Source of the DNA: Eukaryota sp. GEM-RC1
Taxonomy: Eukaryota
Assembly (NCBI GenBank): GCA_040285855.1
Contig: JAUFOQ010000001.1
Coordinates: forward strand, 806,001-870,000
Direction of reading: 5' to 3'
DNA: 64,000 nucleotides
Each line of letters begins with the position of its first letter. Position 1 is the first letter of the stretch. Position numbers and translations under genes: made by a program. Positions 1 through 11,374 of this stretch are shown here, one piece after another. Below the pieces are notes generated by a model. It ran no database searches. It saw nothing but the letters and a program-made list of their open reading frames with translations, and was not told the DNA's origin.

Positions 1-349
1 TTGTAATTATCGACAAAATACCTATAAGACTTATTGTGAGGTACAGTCATCCACTTTTTAATTGTTCCATAATTTCCCTCCCAATATTTACCACGGTTCT
101 CCAGACCACGATCGAGATTCAGATTCTCGAAGTTCTGGTCCCAGAAATCGGTCAACGTCATAAACTACAGGCCTAGTAGCTCTTGGACTACGACGGACAA
201 CAGATGGACGGGGTATGAACTGCATTGAGCAAAATTTTCGTACAAGCTTACAGCGTTATAATTGTTGATAAAATAACGTTTACCGCAAAGACCATGTTCG
301 ACATGATACTAATTTTTTATAGTTCCCCAATTTTTTTCCCAATATTTCC

Positions 350-1700
350 CAAATTCAAAATCTCCATCTTTAACAACAAAAGAACTAATTGACGGTTTTT
401 GAATGGTTTTGCCGTAAGTTCCATTCATAAATAATTTTAAAAGTAACTGTTGGGGATTCTTCTGTTCTTTAAGTTACATTCGATTATCGTATATGAATTT
501 CATAACTTCATTGATTTTTGAATTATATTCAATCCAATAAATTCATCTTTTAAATTCATATGTAATTCCATGATATTGTTGAAATTGTTGAAGATCAATA
601 TAACTAATGATCATAGTATCGTTAACTCCGGTTTCAACGTTATTAACAAATTTCCTATTTCCTTGAGAATCTGTGACAGGGATTAAAGGAAAATCTAAAG
701 AATTTTGAACAGACAAAATTCTGATTTCGATATAGAATTGATAATCAGAATTAATGACCGACTCGTAAAAATGAGGACTAGAAGGGTTTTCACTCATTAT
801 AAGAGCAGCTCCGACCGGAAAACCCTTCAGTCTTTTCATCGCAGTGGGATATAAACTTTTTACGTCAAAGTCTACCATAAAATCTTCTATAAAAATTCCT
901 GTTGAAGATTCCACAACGTTGGATCCTATCTCATTCAAAGAGTATCTAACGGGTTTGTAAAATTGTTTTTGATACTGATTGGTCATAACACGACCTCCAA
1001 TAACTGATTGTTGCACAAACTGACGTAACGATCCAGTTACACTCCGTCATATACTCCTTGAGAAATCATAACATCGTGAGACAATGACGAAATCGTACGA
1101 TAATTAAATAGATCTATTTCAGGAAATAACTGTCCCAAATCTTTACGAAAACGAAATAATCCTTGACCTAATAATAAATGTCTTGAATTGTGTAAAATAC
1201 AGAATAATTTTGATGCAAAAGTTAAATTCAGAGACATTACGTTCGACGTTAAATGTTTCTTGTATTGATTTTGATTCCACGCAAGATTCAATAAATTCTT
1301 CACGTTCTTTATAAGTATTAAAGAACTTTTCAGCCACATTGTCTACCGTATCAATGTAAGGAACATCAAGATCAGTAACAGTAGGAAAATCATTGTAAAA
1401 AGGATAAGGATAAGCTTCTTTTTTTACCTTTAATTTGAACATTTTAGGAAATTTAGCCAATGCTTCAGGAATAATTTTCAAAGAATCTCTAAAATGTATT
1501 TTGATTGTTCTTGAATCTCCAAATTGTTGACCACATTTAAACGATCCCTCGGCAGAATACAATGCTCCATCTTTTTGCAACACCTTTAAATCAAATAAAT
1601 TTCCGTGCAAAAAGAAAAATCATATTTTAGATTGTGCAAATACACCAAAACTTCATAGAATGTTTCTTGTGGAATTTGTTTCTCTTTTCGGTTTAAAATA
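350..1700 (-). pseudogene. Protein-primed family B DNA polymerase (Polinton/PLV/adenovirus-like), frameshifted and 3'-truncated
   Basis: Minus-strand motifs occur in order across frames: ExoII YLHNLKYD (~1620-1645), IHFRDSLKIIPEALAKFPKMFKL..KEAYPY, QSVIGGR, motif A DFDVKSLYPTAM (~840-875), motif B LKLFMNGTYGKTIQKP (~395-445). Motif C is not seen. Confidence 0.88.
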
Positions 1701-2106
1701 CTCGAAATCAAGTACTGAAGAGATATAAGAATAAATGATAAATACAATCTTCTTGATAAAATACTCTCATTTTGTTTGAATCATTGACCATTGAATTAGA
1801 CACGGGGTCAAATTTTAGACCTAATTGAGGTATGGTTGCAGGGAAGAACACGATGATCGCACTTAAGCTGACAACCAGAAGGACTGGACAGATTGTTGAT
1901 TCAGTTAAACATGTATAACGGGATCATGGGCACGTGTATCTCGGCATAGATTTTGTGCTGACCGTGATACCAACCAGAACGAGTGATAGTTGGATCAGCC
2001 ATTGTAAGAATATGTGTTGATTCCAATACTCACAAAAAAGGGAAAATTCGTTTTCTACCATTTGCACACATAAATAATTAGCCTTATACCACAGTAATTG
2101 TTTTTA

Positions 2107-4117
2107 GGGAAATCGTCATAAATACCAATTTTCTTCAACACTTAATTCATAAATACCAACTACCTAATAACACTACTTCCATGACTACAACAGACATCTT
2201 CAGAGTGAAAGACATGTATGATACAATGACACAACTACGTGAAAGAGTAGAACTCTATGAAAACACCACAAAAAGAGCCCTTTTCCGTCTAAGAAGTGAA
2301 CCAGCATGCCTCAATCTCTGCTGTTCTATACAAGGCTGTGAATTTGTGCTTTATGCCTCTAGAAAAAAAGATCGGACATTGTTATTGTAAGACGCTTTGC
2401 TGAGCACTCCTGCTTAAATGATTTGAACATCAAACCTGCCCATAAGGTTCCCCAATGTGAAGTTATTCGCCACAACTCCGATCTTCAAGAACTGGTCCGT
2501 GAAAACCCATTGGTATCTGCCAAAAGGTGGCTGATACTTTAGAAAAAGTTTACAACGTTCCTACTGGTTCTGTCTCAAAACAAAAAGCTTTACGTGCTAG
2601 AAATCTTGCGAGAATACAGGTCCATGGCACTTTTGAACAGGGGTATAGTGACTTGCCTCAATATTGTCAAGAGATTATGTCGTCTAATCCCGGCAGCCAC
2701 GCTGTTGTTGAAGTTGACAGTGAGAATAGATTTTTAAGGGTGTTTGTGGCACTTGAAGCGTGTATAAAAGCTGCACAGTACTGCAAGAATCTGATAGCCC
2801 TTGATGGAACTCATTTGCATGGAAAGTATAAGGGCATTTTATTGGCAGCTACTACTATTGATGGTGATGGACATCTTCTCCCAATCGCAATTGGTGTAGT
2901 CAATCAGGAAAACAAAGAAAACTGGTTGTGGTTTATGAGCATGTTTGAACAAGCGGTTACAATGGAAAACATTCCTACCTTTATCAGTGATAGACAGAAA
3001 GGTTTGCTAGATGCGATAACTTCCGTCTTTCCAGATTCACCTCATGCTTTTTGCGTAAGACATTTAACTGAAAACTTGGCCAACAAATGTGGGAAAAAGG
3101 AAGTTATTGCAGAGGTTTGGATAGCAGCTAAGGCAACAAAAGAAGAACAAGTAATCGCCTCTTTGAACAGAATACGAGCGAATTCAGAGAAGGCTTACAG
3201 TTTCTAATAGATGTTGGTCGTGAACATTGGACTACTGTGTACTTTCCGGCAAAACGGTACGGTCATGTAACTAGTAACGTAGCTGAGAGTCTGAATTACT
3301 GAATGAGTTCACTGAGAGGATTACCAGTGACTTCTCTGTTAGAAAACTACAGAATGAAACTGGTGGACTGGTTCACCTCAAGGTTGAATGAAGGAAGACA
3401 CTTGGAGAAAAAGAAGTCGACTGTTATGAAGTCCATTCGACAGCAACTATGTGAAAACCAGACCAAATCGATTCGTATGAAGGTAAGTTTGAGTACGAAA
3501 CAAGAAGTTATCATTGGAGAGGTTTGTGATGGAACCTCCCGATATATTGTTGATGTCAATAACTGGACATGTACATGCAACGGTTGGCAGAGAGATGGAT
3601 TTCCTTGTTCTCATGGCCTAGCCGTTGCAAGAGAAGTTGGTCATCGACCAGTGGATTGCACTGACAAAGTGTTTCTTGTACAGAACTTTATTGAAACTTA
3701 TGCAACACCAATTATGCCTATGAAACAAAGAACAGATTGGGTCAAAGCAATCAATCCTGAATCTCTTCCATTACCACCTCTTGTGAAAAAATCAGTGGGC
3801 AGACCGAGAAGAAAGAGAGTGGACGTTTTCCGAAAGAAAAGGGTAAGAAAGGAGAAAGAAGATGACGAAACAATCGAAAACATGATGAGCGATGATAGGT
3901 GGTTGTTGGGAGATATCATTGACGAGGAGATGCTGGATGATTCACTTAGTGATGAAGACGATCAAATTTGGCAAGATGAAGACGAATATAGTAGCTCAGG
4001 CTGTGAAGAAGAGGTTTAGACTTTCTGTGTTGTTTGGTATTTATAAAAGATGTTATTCAGAAAAGTGGTATTTGTGATTGAGGTGTGTGAGAAAATTGGT
4101 ATTTGTGACGAAGCCCC
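2107..4117 (+). mobile_element. Second MULE nested just inside the left end of the outer MULE
   Basis: Perfect 9-bp TSD TTGTTTTTA (2098-2106 and 4118-4126). Imperfect TIRs GGGAAATCGTCATAAATACCAATTTTCT / AGAAAATTGGTATTTGTGACGAAGCCCC. Confidence 0.92.
2181..4019 (+). pseudogene. MULE (MuDR-like) DDE transposase with SWIM zinc finger, disrupted
   Basis: ALDGTHL, ISDRQKGL, CVRH, TSNVAESLN, SWIM CTCNGWQRDGFPCSH, GRPRRKR. Split by frameshifts and stops. Confidence 0.92.
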
Positions 4118-4159
4118 TTGTTTTTATACCATCAGTCAATCAACCTTTCGTTTGACTAT

Positions 4160-5797
4160 ATGCATACCTTAAACCTGTCTCCCTTACAAGAGCAATCTAC
4201 CTTTGATAAGAAGTCAGACTTCCAGCTCCGTTTGATCGATGATAACTTGATCGACAGAAGAGAAGTTAAATACAGTCACAGTGACACCACACGCTGTAGA
4301 GTTGTATGTTGTCAGCCATCATGTACTTTTCTTGTTGTTTGCAAGAAAAATGCGAGTGATGTGTGGACAATTACAACTTTGAACCCTCATACTTGTCGAA
4401 AGCTACAGCAACTGACTAACAGGAATGCTAATACAGACTTTGTATCGGCACACCCTTATTTCCTTCAAAAATGGTCCTTCATAGAAATTACAATGCCGCT
4501 GACCTTTTCTGTGACTTCAAAGCAATGTATAAGGTAGAGATCGAGTCCTACTCTGTTAGATGGAAGTGTATTTCAACCCTGAAGAAAAAGCTATTCGGTA
4601 ATGTAGAAGAGAGCTTTAGTTTATTAAAGACTTATGGACGTGAACTAGTCAAAGCTAATGAAGGAACTTTGTTTACTATTGAAGACCTTGATGGGGTGTT
4701 TCAACGTTGCTTCCTGATGTTTAGTTATGCTGTAAGTGCTTTCTCCCACAGCCGAAAATTAATTAGCATCGATGGAGCCCATCTGCACTGTCCTTCTGGA
4801 GGTACATTGCTGTCGGCCACTACTGTTGATGGTCAAGGGCAACTGTTCCCTTTAGCCTATGCGATTGTTGGTGTGGAGAATGACAGTAATTGGATGTTCT
4901 TCCTTAGATTGTTAAAAGAAGGATTAAAGGATATCCAAGAGTTGGTTATCATTTCTGATCGGCATCCATCTATTTTGAAAGCTGTTGGGAATGTTTTTGG
5001 ACAGAATGCTTCTCATGCATATTGTTTACGACATTTGTGTGCCAATTTTTGCAGACATTACAAACAAAAAGGATTAGAAGGATTTATTTGGCAAGCTGCT
5101 GAAGCTGTGAATGAAGCTGACTATTTGGCAGCTTTACAGCAAATCGAGAACCCTAAAGCAAGAGACGATCTCTTACAATACAATCAAAACTCATTGGACT
5201 ACTCATTGTTTCAGAAGAAAACGGTATGGACATATGACTTCAAATGTGTCAGAATCTTTGAATGCAGTTTTGAAAGCAGCTCGGGGTCTGTCAGTGATTG
5301 AATGTTTAGAAGCCATCAGGGATCTGATATCATCTTGGATAGCCAGCCGACAGACTCAAGGCGAAAAGTGGCTGAATTCAGGTGTTTTCATTGTGCCCAA
5401 GATAGTGAAAGAGATCGACGCAAACGTCGACAGAGCTGCTGAATACACCGCCATTAACCGAAGAAATGACATTTGTGAAGTTCAGATGGAAGGTGGAAGT
5501 ACATGAGAGTAAATTTGAGAGAGAAGCATTGTGACTGTGGAAGATGGCAGCAACTTGGATATCCATGCTCTCATGCTGCAGCAGCACTTATGAAGATGAA
5601 AGAAGATGTTGATTCTTACTGTGATGAAGTGTACTCAACAATGTCATACATGAGAATGTATGCATTGTCTATTGTACCTCCCTCGCAGTAAGGAGCAGTG
5701 GGAAGATCCAGAAGAACCATTAAGTCCTCCTGTTAAAAAACGAAGAGCAGGTCGTCCTTCAATAAACAGAAAGAAGGGGTGGATGGAGCAAAGGTAG
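4160..5797 (+). pseudogene. MULE DDE transposase with SWIM zinc finger, disrupted
   Basis: SIDGAHL, ISDRHPSI, CLRH, TSNVSESLN, SWIM CDCGRWQQLGYPCSH, KKRRAGRP. Several frameshifts. Confidence 0.92.
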
Positions 5798-6184
5798 CGT
5801 TATAGATGTAGAGTTACGATGTATAAAAGAGCTTTATGTGATATAGATTGTTACTTGCCGGTCATGGTATGAAGCAAATTATGCTGGAGAATGGTAAGAG
5901 ACTTTTTATGTACCATTGTGAATAGTGGTACAAAGCTAATTTTGAATTAGAAGTAATGGTATAGAAAAAATTTCCCCACAAAAATTATATAGCCTTAAGA
6001 CAGATATATTGCCTTAAGACACATTTATGCCATTAAGACTTTGTTACACAACATACTTCTACCCAAACACTCTAAAACAACTAACTAACAGGTTTTGAGA
6101 CTGATAGTTGTCAATTAGATCATTGGTTGAGAAATGTGAACCTATCATTTAAATCACATTATACACCGATAAACCTATAGTATT

Positions 6185-6759
6185 ACACTCAGGGAACAAG
6201 TTATAACATACTACAATGTGTTAAAGAAAAAAGTATATTTGTCCTCCTTAAAAATTGAAGTATTTCATAACTTATCACATTAACTTAATATAATATCATC
6301 GTATTGTTTTCGTCTAAGATCTTAATGTTTCAATTCTTAAGGAGGTGAAATGCTTCAGTAACCCTAACCCTAACCCTAACCCTAACACTCAGGGAACAAG
6401 TTATAACATACTACAATGTGTTAAAGAAAAAGTATATTTGTCCTCCTTAAAAATTGAAGTATTTCATAACTTATCACATTAACTTAATATAATATCATCG
6501 TATTGTTTTCGTCTAAGATCTTAATGTTTCAATTCTTAAGGAGGTGAAATGCTTCAGTAACCCTAACCCTAACCCTAACCCTAACACTCAGGGAACAAGT
6601 TATAACATACTACAATGTGTTAAAGAAAAAAGTATATTTGTCCTCCTTAAAAATTGAAGTATTTCATAACTTATCACATTAACTTAATATAATATCATCG
6701 TATTGTTTTCGTCTAAGATCTTAATGTTTCAATTCTTAAGGAGGTGAAATGCTTCAGTA
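6185..6759. repeat. Three near-identical ~175-bp copies joined by (CCCTAA)4 telomere-type linkers
   Basis: Units start at 6185, 6385 and 6584. The linker ACCCTAACCCTAACCCTAACCCTAA lies at ~6361-6385 and ~6560-6584. Confidence 0.95.
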
Positions 6760-7061
6760 TGTATTATTGTTCAACAACCGTATAAGTTGTTTAGAAGTTG
6801 TTTCTTAGGTCATACGTGCGTTTAAAGGTACTCAAAAATTTGACAATAACTAATTATATTTATCTCCACTAAGTAGAGTTCATCTGGAATTTACCATTAA
6901 TGATGGGGGTAGCTTTAAAGATTATGATGTTAAAGAACAATTAAGAAAATATTAAAATACTGCTGAAAATATAGAATGATTAACTTTGATGATTGGTGAT
7001 TTAATTAAAACCTATCATTTTTTATACAACATTCTTCTACCCAAACACTCTAAAACAACTA

Positions 7062-7916
7062 CAGTCTACCCTCCCATTAAGGTCACCCTCTCATTAAGGT
7101 TTCCCTCCCATTAAGGTAAAATTTTCACTGCCCACTTTTTGTCGTGTCCTTTTTAATTCCCGTGCCCTTGCCATTGCACTACAGTTCTTCACATAAACTT
7201 TTTCGCTCTTCTATTTTTCGTATCACATCATTACATACCTTCTTTTCATGACACTTTCAACCAGTTAAACAGTTACAAGCCTCTGGATCCGTTACTTCGG
7301 TGATTTGTTGTGAATACCAGATCCATAGGACATCATCCCATCAGTTCTCTGGTCTTTGATCATGACGAATGCCTCGACGAAGAAGAGGACGTTCTGATCC
7401 ATGAAGAAGAGGAGGAGCTCCTTGAAAGTGTTCTAAAGTTGTCCCTTGTTGATGGTCTTGAAATGGAAGACCTTCTTATGAACATCTCCCCTACTGATGC
7501 CTGTAACTGTTGGATTTGAAGTTGTAGCCTTCCTCCTTTCCTGAATTGGTACTTTCAGGTCCGTCCTTGACCTTTCTCGCTGTTATATCGCCCTTCCCAT
7601 TAGCACTAGTTCTCTCCTTCTCTCATCCATCCTTTTAGCATATATCTGAGAGATTATTGTTATTTGCTGATGATTGGTTCAGCAATATTTTTCCTCAATC
7701 CCACCACTTAAATTTGGACGACGATTACCCGTGGTGGTACATCCTTGCCATCTTCAATTCATCACCAAATGGTGCACAATAGTCAATTGTTTGTTGGTTT
7801 ATTTATCATAAAAAGCTGTCGTCTGCTGTTCATGTCTGTACAATCAAAACCTCCCATTAAGGTAAAACTCCCATTAAGGTCTGCCCAAAAGCTTGTACTA
7901 ATGGGAGGGTAGACTG
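7062..7916. mobile_element. Non-autonomous Tc1/mariner/pogo-type element (MITE-like, 855 bp)
   Basis: Perfect 18-bp TIR CAGTCTACCCTCCCATTA, TA TSD and subterminal CTCCCATTAAGGT repeats. A paralogous empty site (AAAACAACTA|ACTAACAGGTTTTGA) lies at ~6074-6098. Confidence 0.9.
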
Positions 7917-8012
7917 TAACTAACAGGTTTTGACACTAAAAATTCATATAAAACTTTTTAAAGCAGTTTTAAAAATTTTCAACGACCTGAAAATTTATTT
8001 GACTGACTACAT

Positions 8013-8550
8013 TTAACAACTAAAAGCCTGTTCAATTCCAGTGAAATCACCCATATCACGCACAGCTTCAGCTATACCTTCTCCAATATAGTTAAGAGTT
8101 GTGGTACCACTCAAATGACTTAACATTTTCTTCAACGTATCCAAACGTGCTGGTTTTTCATGAGCCGGGCCATCAAATTGCCAGTTATGGTATGTAAATG
8201 TTTTCCTCATAGTATGAGTCGAAAATTTCTTCAATCTTAACGATCTACCAACTTCTTTGAAAACTACAATAATAGTTTTGACACACAGAGGCTGTTTGCA
8301 GCCTAACTTCTTTTTCTCGAGTAGAATAAATAATCATTCGGGGCGACATCTGCTGCATCACAATACTCTTGCACTACAACTTTAAGCCAAAGAGAGACCT
8401 TACGGGTGACTGTAGCATTTACCCAATGTTTTGATTTTCGTTTCTTTTTTTCTTTTATAATTAAGAATGTTGCAGTTGTACTGTTCTCTTTAAAATCTTT
8501 TCGTCGTAACGTCAACAAATCAGAAATTCTGAGACCAAGAGCACAGCCCT
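8013..8550 (-). pseudogene. Tyrosine recombinase (phage-integrase family catalytic domain), frameshifted and 5'-truncated
   Basis: GCALGLRISDLLTL (catalytic R), STHTMRKTF (HxxR), KKMLSH and TTLNYIG (catalytic Y). Frameshift near 8305. Confidence 0.85.
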
Positions 8551-8583
8551 ATCAGAGATTTAATCATTGATACACCCAGGGTC

Positions 8584-9570
8584 ATGAGTATAAACAGCAA
8601 CCCACATCACAATTTCATAAATTTGAATTTGTTGGTTAACGACCCAGTAACCAGAACTATCGATTCAGGCGCAAAAATCTCAGTCATAACATATGATTTA
8701 GCAGAATCCTGCAAGATGAAGATTTCGCATGATACTTTATCATACATCACTGCAGATGGAAACCTTACATCGTCCTTAGGCACATCCAAAGGTGTTCTTG
8801 CGTTCACACTGAATAGCGCAGCTAACCTAGTGTTTGTAGATCACTCATTCCCAATTGTTACCGGTAATAAAACAATGCTCATCGGGATCGATTAATTAAA
8901 CAAACTAGGGCTATAAGCAGAGGACAGTCTAGTAATAAAACTTGATAAGGAGCATAACATCATCATGACAGATGAATCAGAATTCGATCACCTAATGAGC
9001 ACTCCTCCATCAGTGGAATCAATCAGAGACACCGATCATTCTACATCATTCAATCCAGTTGAATCAGGTTGCACAATCACTTTGGACAATCCTCTTCTAA
9101 ATAAACAACTGCCATCCCTCCTAGAAGAGTTCAGGATCATCTTCCAATCAGCACCACGCCCTGATGGAGTTGATTGTCCACCAATGGGAATTCCATTCCA
9201 TGACGAATCAACTGTCGTAAAACGGAAACCTTGTTTCTTCAATCCTGGGAAACTAAAGATTGCCAATGGCATCTTTGATGAACTTATCGAACATGTATTC
9301 GTCGTGTCTTCCCCCAATCTAAGTTCTCAAGCCCTATAGTACTCGTGCCACTTCTGACTGGAGATTACAGTGATACAGATGGTGCTAACGACCTAACTGT
9401 TCCGATATCATCCGACCTACCCAAAATCGCTGACGTGATCATATTCTTACCAGCAGCAAACTTTATTGCAACACTAGATCTCCCTCAGGGCTTCTGGCAA
9501 CTCAAGATATGGACAAAACTGCTGCTTTATCAAAGCCTAACAGAACAATCACGTTCACCAGAGCTCCAAT
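8584..9570 (+). pseudogene. Degenerate Ty3/gypsy pol (protease and start of RT), related to the element at 24219
   Basis: IDSGAKISVI protease motif, PDGVDCPPMGIPFHDE, LTGDYS and TLDLPQGFWQL, colinear with the 24326 ORF. Confidence 0.88.
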
Positions 9571-10310
9571 TGTAGTGGAACAGTACCTTTATAATAAACT
9601 TACTTTTACCTTCTCATAAATCATCTAGATACCAAGACAACAATAATTATTGTGTTGCTTGCGGTGCTGCACCATGTGTGCATGTTCCCCCTCACTAACC
9701 AATGTCTCAGGACCCCACAATGAGTCGCTTTTGTTCGGTCCCGCCCTTCCAAATTCTGTCTCTCCTAAAACTTCTCCTCTTCCAGAGGAGGTGCAGAGTA
9801 CACATCCCACGGTGACTACTATTGAAGACTCATCTCCTGTGGTAACGAGTCCATCTTCTGAAAGGCTCAGTGCTATGTTTAATAAGGACACTGCTCCCAA
9901 AGCATCCAATAATCCTGTTCATTCCCTAAATATTGAGAAGATAACCACTTCCTCTGTATCTCCCATGTTGCAACCCAAAAGATTTACGTTTGCCCTGGAA
10001 CGAGGGTAATCTCTCCCTGCATCAAAGCCTTTACCAAAAGCCACTCACAAGAGTGTTCCCACAGTAATGTTAGCTAGACATCCATGATGACACCCCATAG
10101 AAAGCCACCGCTAAAACTTCTCAGCCAGCTAATGTTGGCTTCAAGTTGCTGAAACACAGTTCCTTCTCTTGAAGTGGGAAGATGCAAGAAACCATTCTCA
10201 ATGGCCTTGGCTTGTTAACTGCTCAAGGATTAAGTATCAGGATCAGTGACAAACGACACACTTTATTCACCACCGAAAATGACTTCGATCCACTGCTGAG
10301 TAATGTTTAG
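9571..10310 (+). mobile_element. 5' part of another LTR retrotransposon: ~72-bp LTR (9571-9642), ATAATTATTGT, Ser/Pro-rich gag-like ORF and protease remnant
   Basis: TGTAG...CAACA termini and an internal TTTATAATAAAC plus pyrimidine tract like the 91-bp LTR. The same 11-mer follows the LTR as at 24310. The remnant GLGLLTAQGLSIRI..KRHTL..ENDFD at ~10200-10290 resembles LGLLSDDGLVIRLDKEHSTILNAESEFD. No 3' LTR found. Confidence 0.62.
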
Positions 10311-10364
10311 AATTGGTAAAGTAATGTGATTTTACCTTTTCCTGACAATTTCTCGACATACTAC

Positions 10365-11150
10365 AATGATGAAAGTTTCTTTCACCATGTGAACTCTATG
10401 AAAAAAGAACTCAATTAATCAATGGTAGTAGATGACATAAATTACTCTGAAAAGAATTGATTTCCTTGGTAAACACTATTTAAACCCAATTTGATAGAAG
10501 ATTATCAAAATTGATGAAAGACTTGGAAAACAACACATACAAGTCATCAACATCACTTTAGTTTGAATTTTTGAGGATAGCAGAAGACTACAAAGCACAG
10601 ATGCAGAAGTACGGAGAGAAAGATAAAAAAAGCAAGACCTGAAGCAAAGGTAGTGGAATGACACTAACAAGGAGTTGATGGTAAAAGAGAGGATTGAAGT
10701 TTCAGAGAACTAGGGCGACTGACATCAAAAAACGATCAAAACTGCCTCAGTTTGATATATATAACAAGGAGCAAAGAAGAGAAAGTATTGACAACTAGAG
10801 ACGAAGTGTCTTGAGGAGGATCATTGTAGAAAAGAAATGTGCTCCAAAATGATGACGTGATGGAAGAAGGAAGATGACGAAAACAATGTTGAGTAGAAGT
10901 TCAAGCTATTGTAGGAAGCAGAAGTAACAGAAGCTGGAGTGATTAAAGAATGAGCTGTAGAAAGAGGAATAGACCAACAGTCATTGACTCATGATAGTAA
11001 GAGCTCTGTGAAGCTAGATCAGGATAAGCAAACAAACCACTGCGAATGAGAACAAGAGCACATAACTCTTGATTAGATCATTAACCGTAGGGTAGCTAAG
11101 TGAAGCAGCATCGACTTAAAGGGAGTGAATGAGCAAGAGTTTGAGGATGG
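10365..11150 (+). repeat. Purine-rich arm of a dispersed non-coding repeat with a diverged terminal motif
   Basis: AATGATGAAAGTTTCTTTCACCATGTG resembles the motif at 23690-23719. Shares GAAGTACGGAGA with ~24030 and ~45030. Confidence 0.5.
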
Positions 11151-11374
11151 ACTGAACATTTACCAGTCATAGGAAGTTTGAGATCATTGGTAAAAAGTTT
11201 TTACCAATGATAGTTCGATGTGAATACGGTGGGATTCTGCATATCATCAAATGAACGACTACTCTTCAGAAGAAGTTCAAGATTAGACATGTAGTTTTGT
11301 AAAAGGACTATACGAACATTGGTCTCCCGTTTTGGTCTCATTTACTGTACTTATCTCCATTTCTATTACTTCTA

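Larger units (their letters stand above)
2040..5976 (+). mobile_element. Mutator/MULE DNA transposon (outer element)
   Basis: Imperfect ~55-bp TIRs (GGGAAAATTCGTTTTCTACCATT... / ...AATGGTATAGAAAAAATTTCCC). Flanking 9-mers CACAAAAAA (2031-2039) and CACAAAAAT (5977-5985). Contains a MULE transposase. Confidence 0.85.

Noticed and set aside
90..300. Possible minus-strand LTR end (TATCA|ACAATTAT) followed by gag-like YDVDRF
   Set aside because: Only a partial match to the 11-mer, with no definable LTR start or partner.
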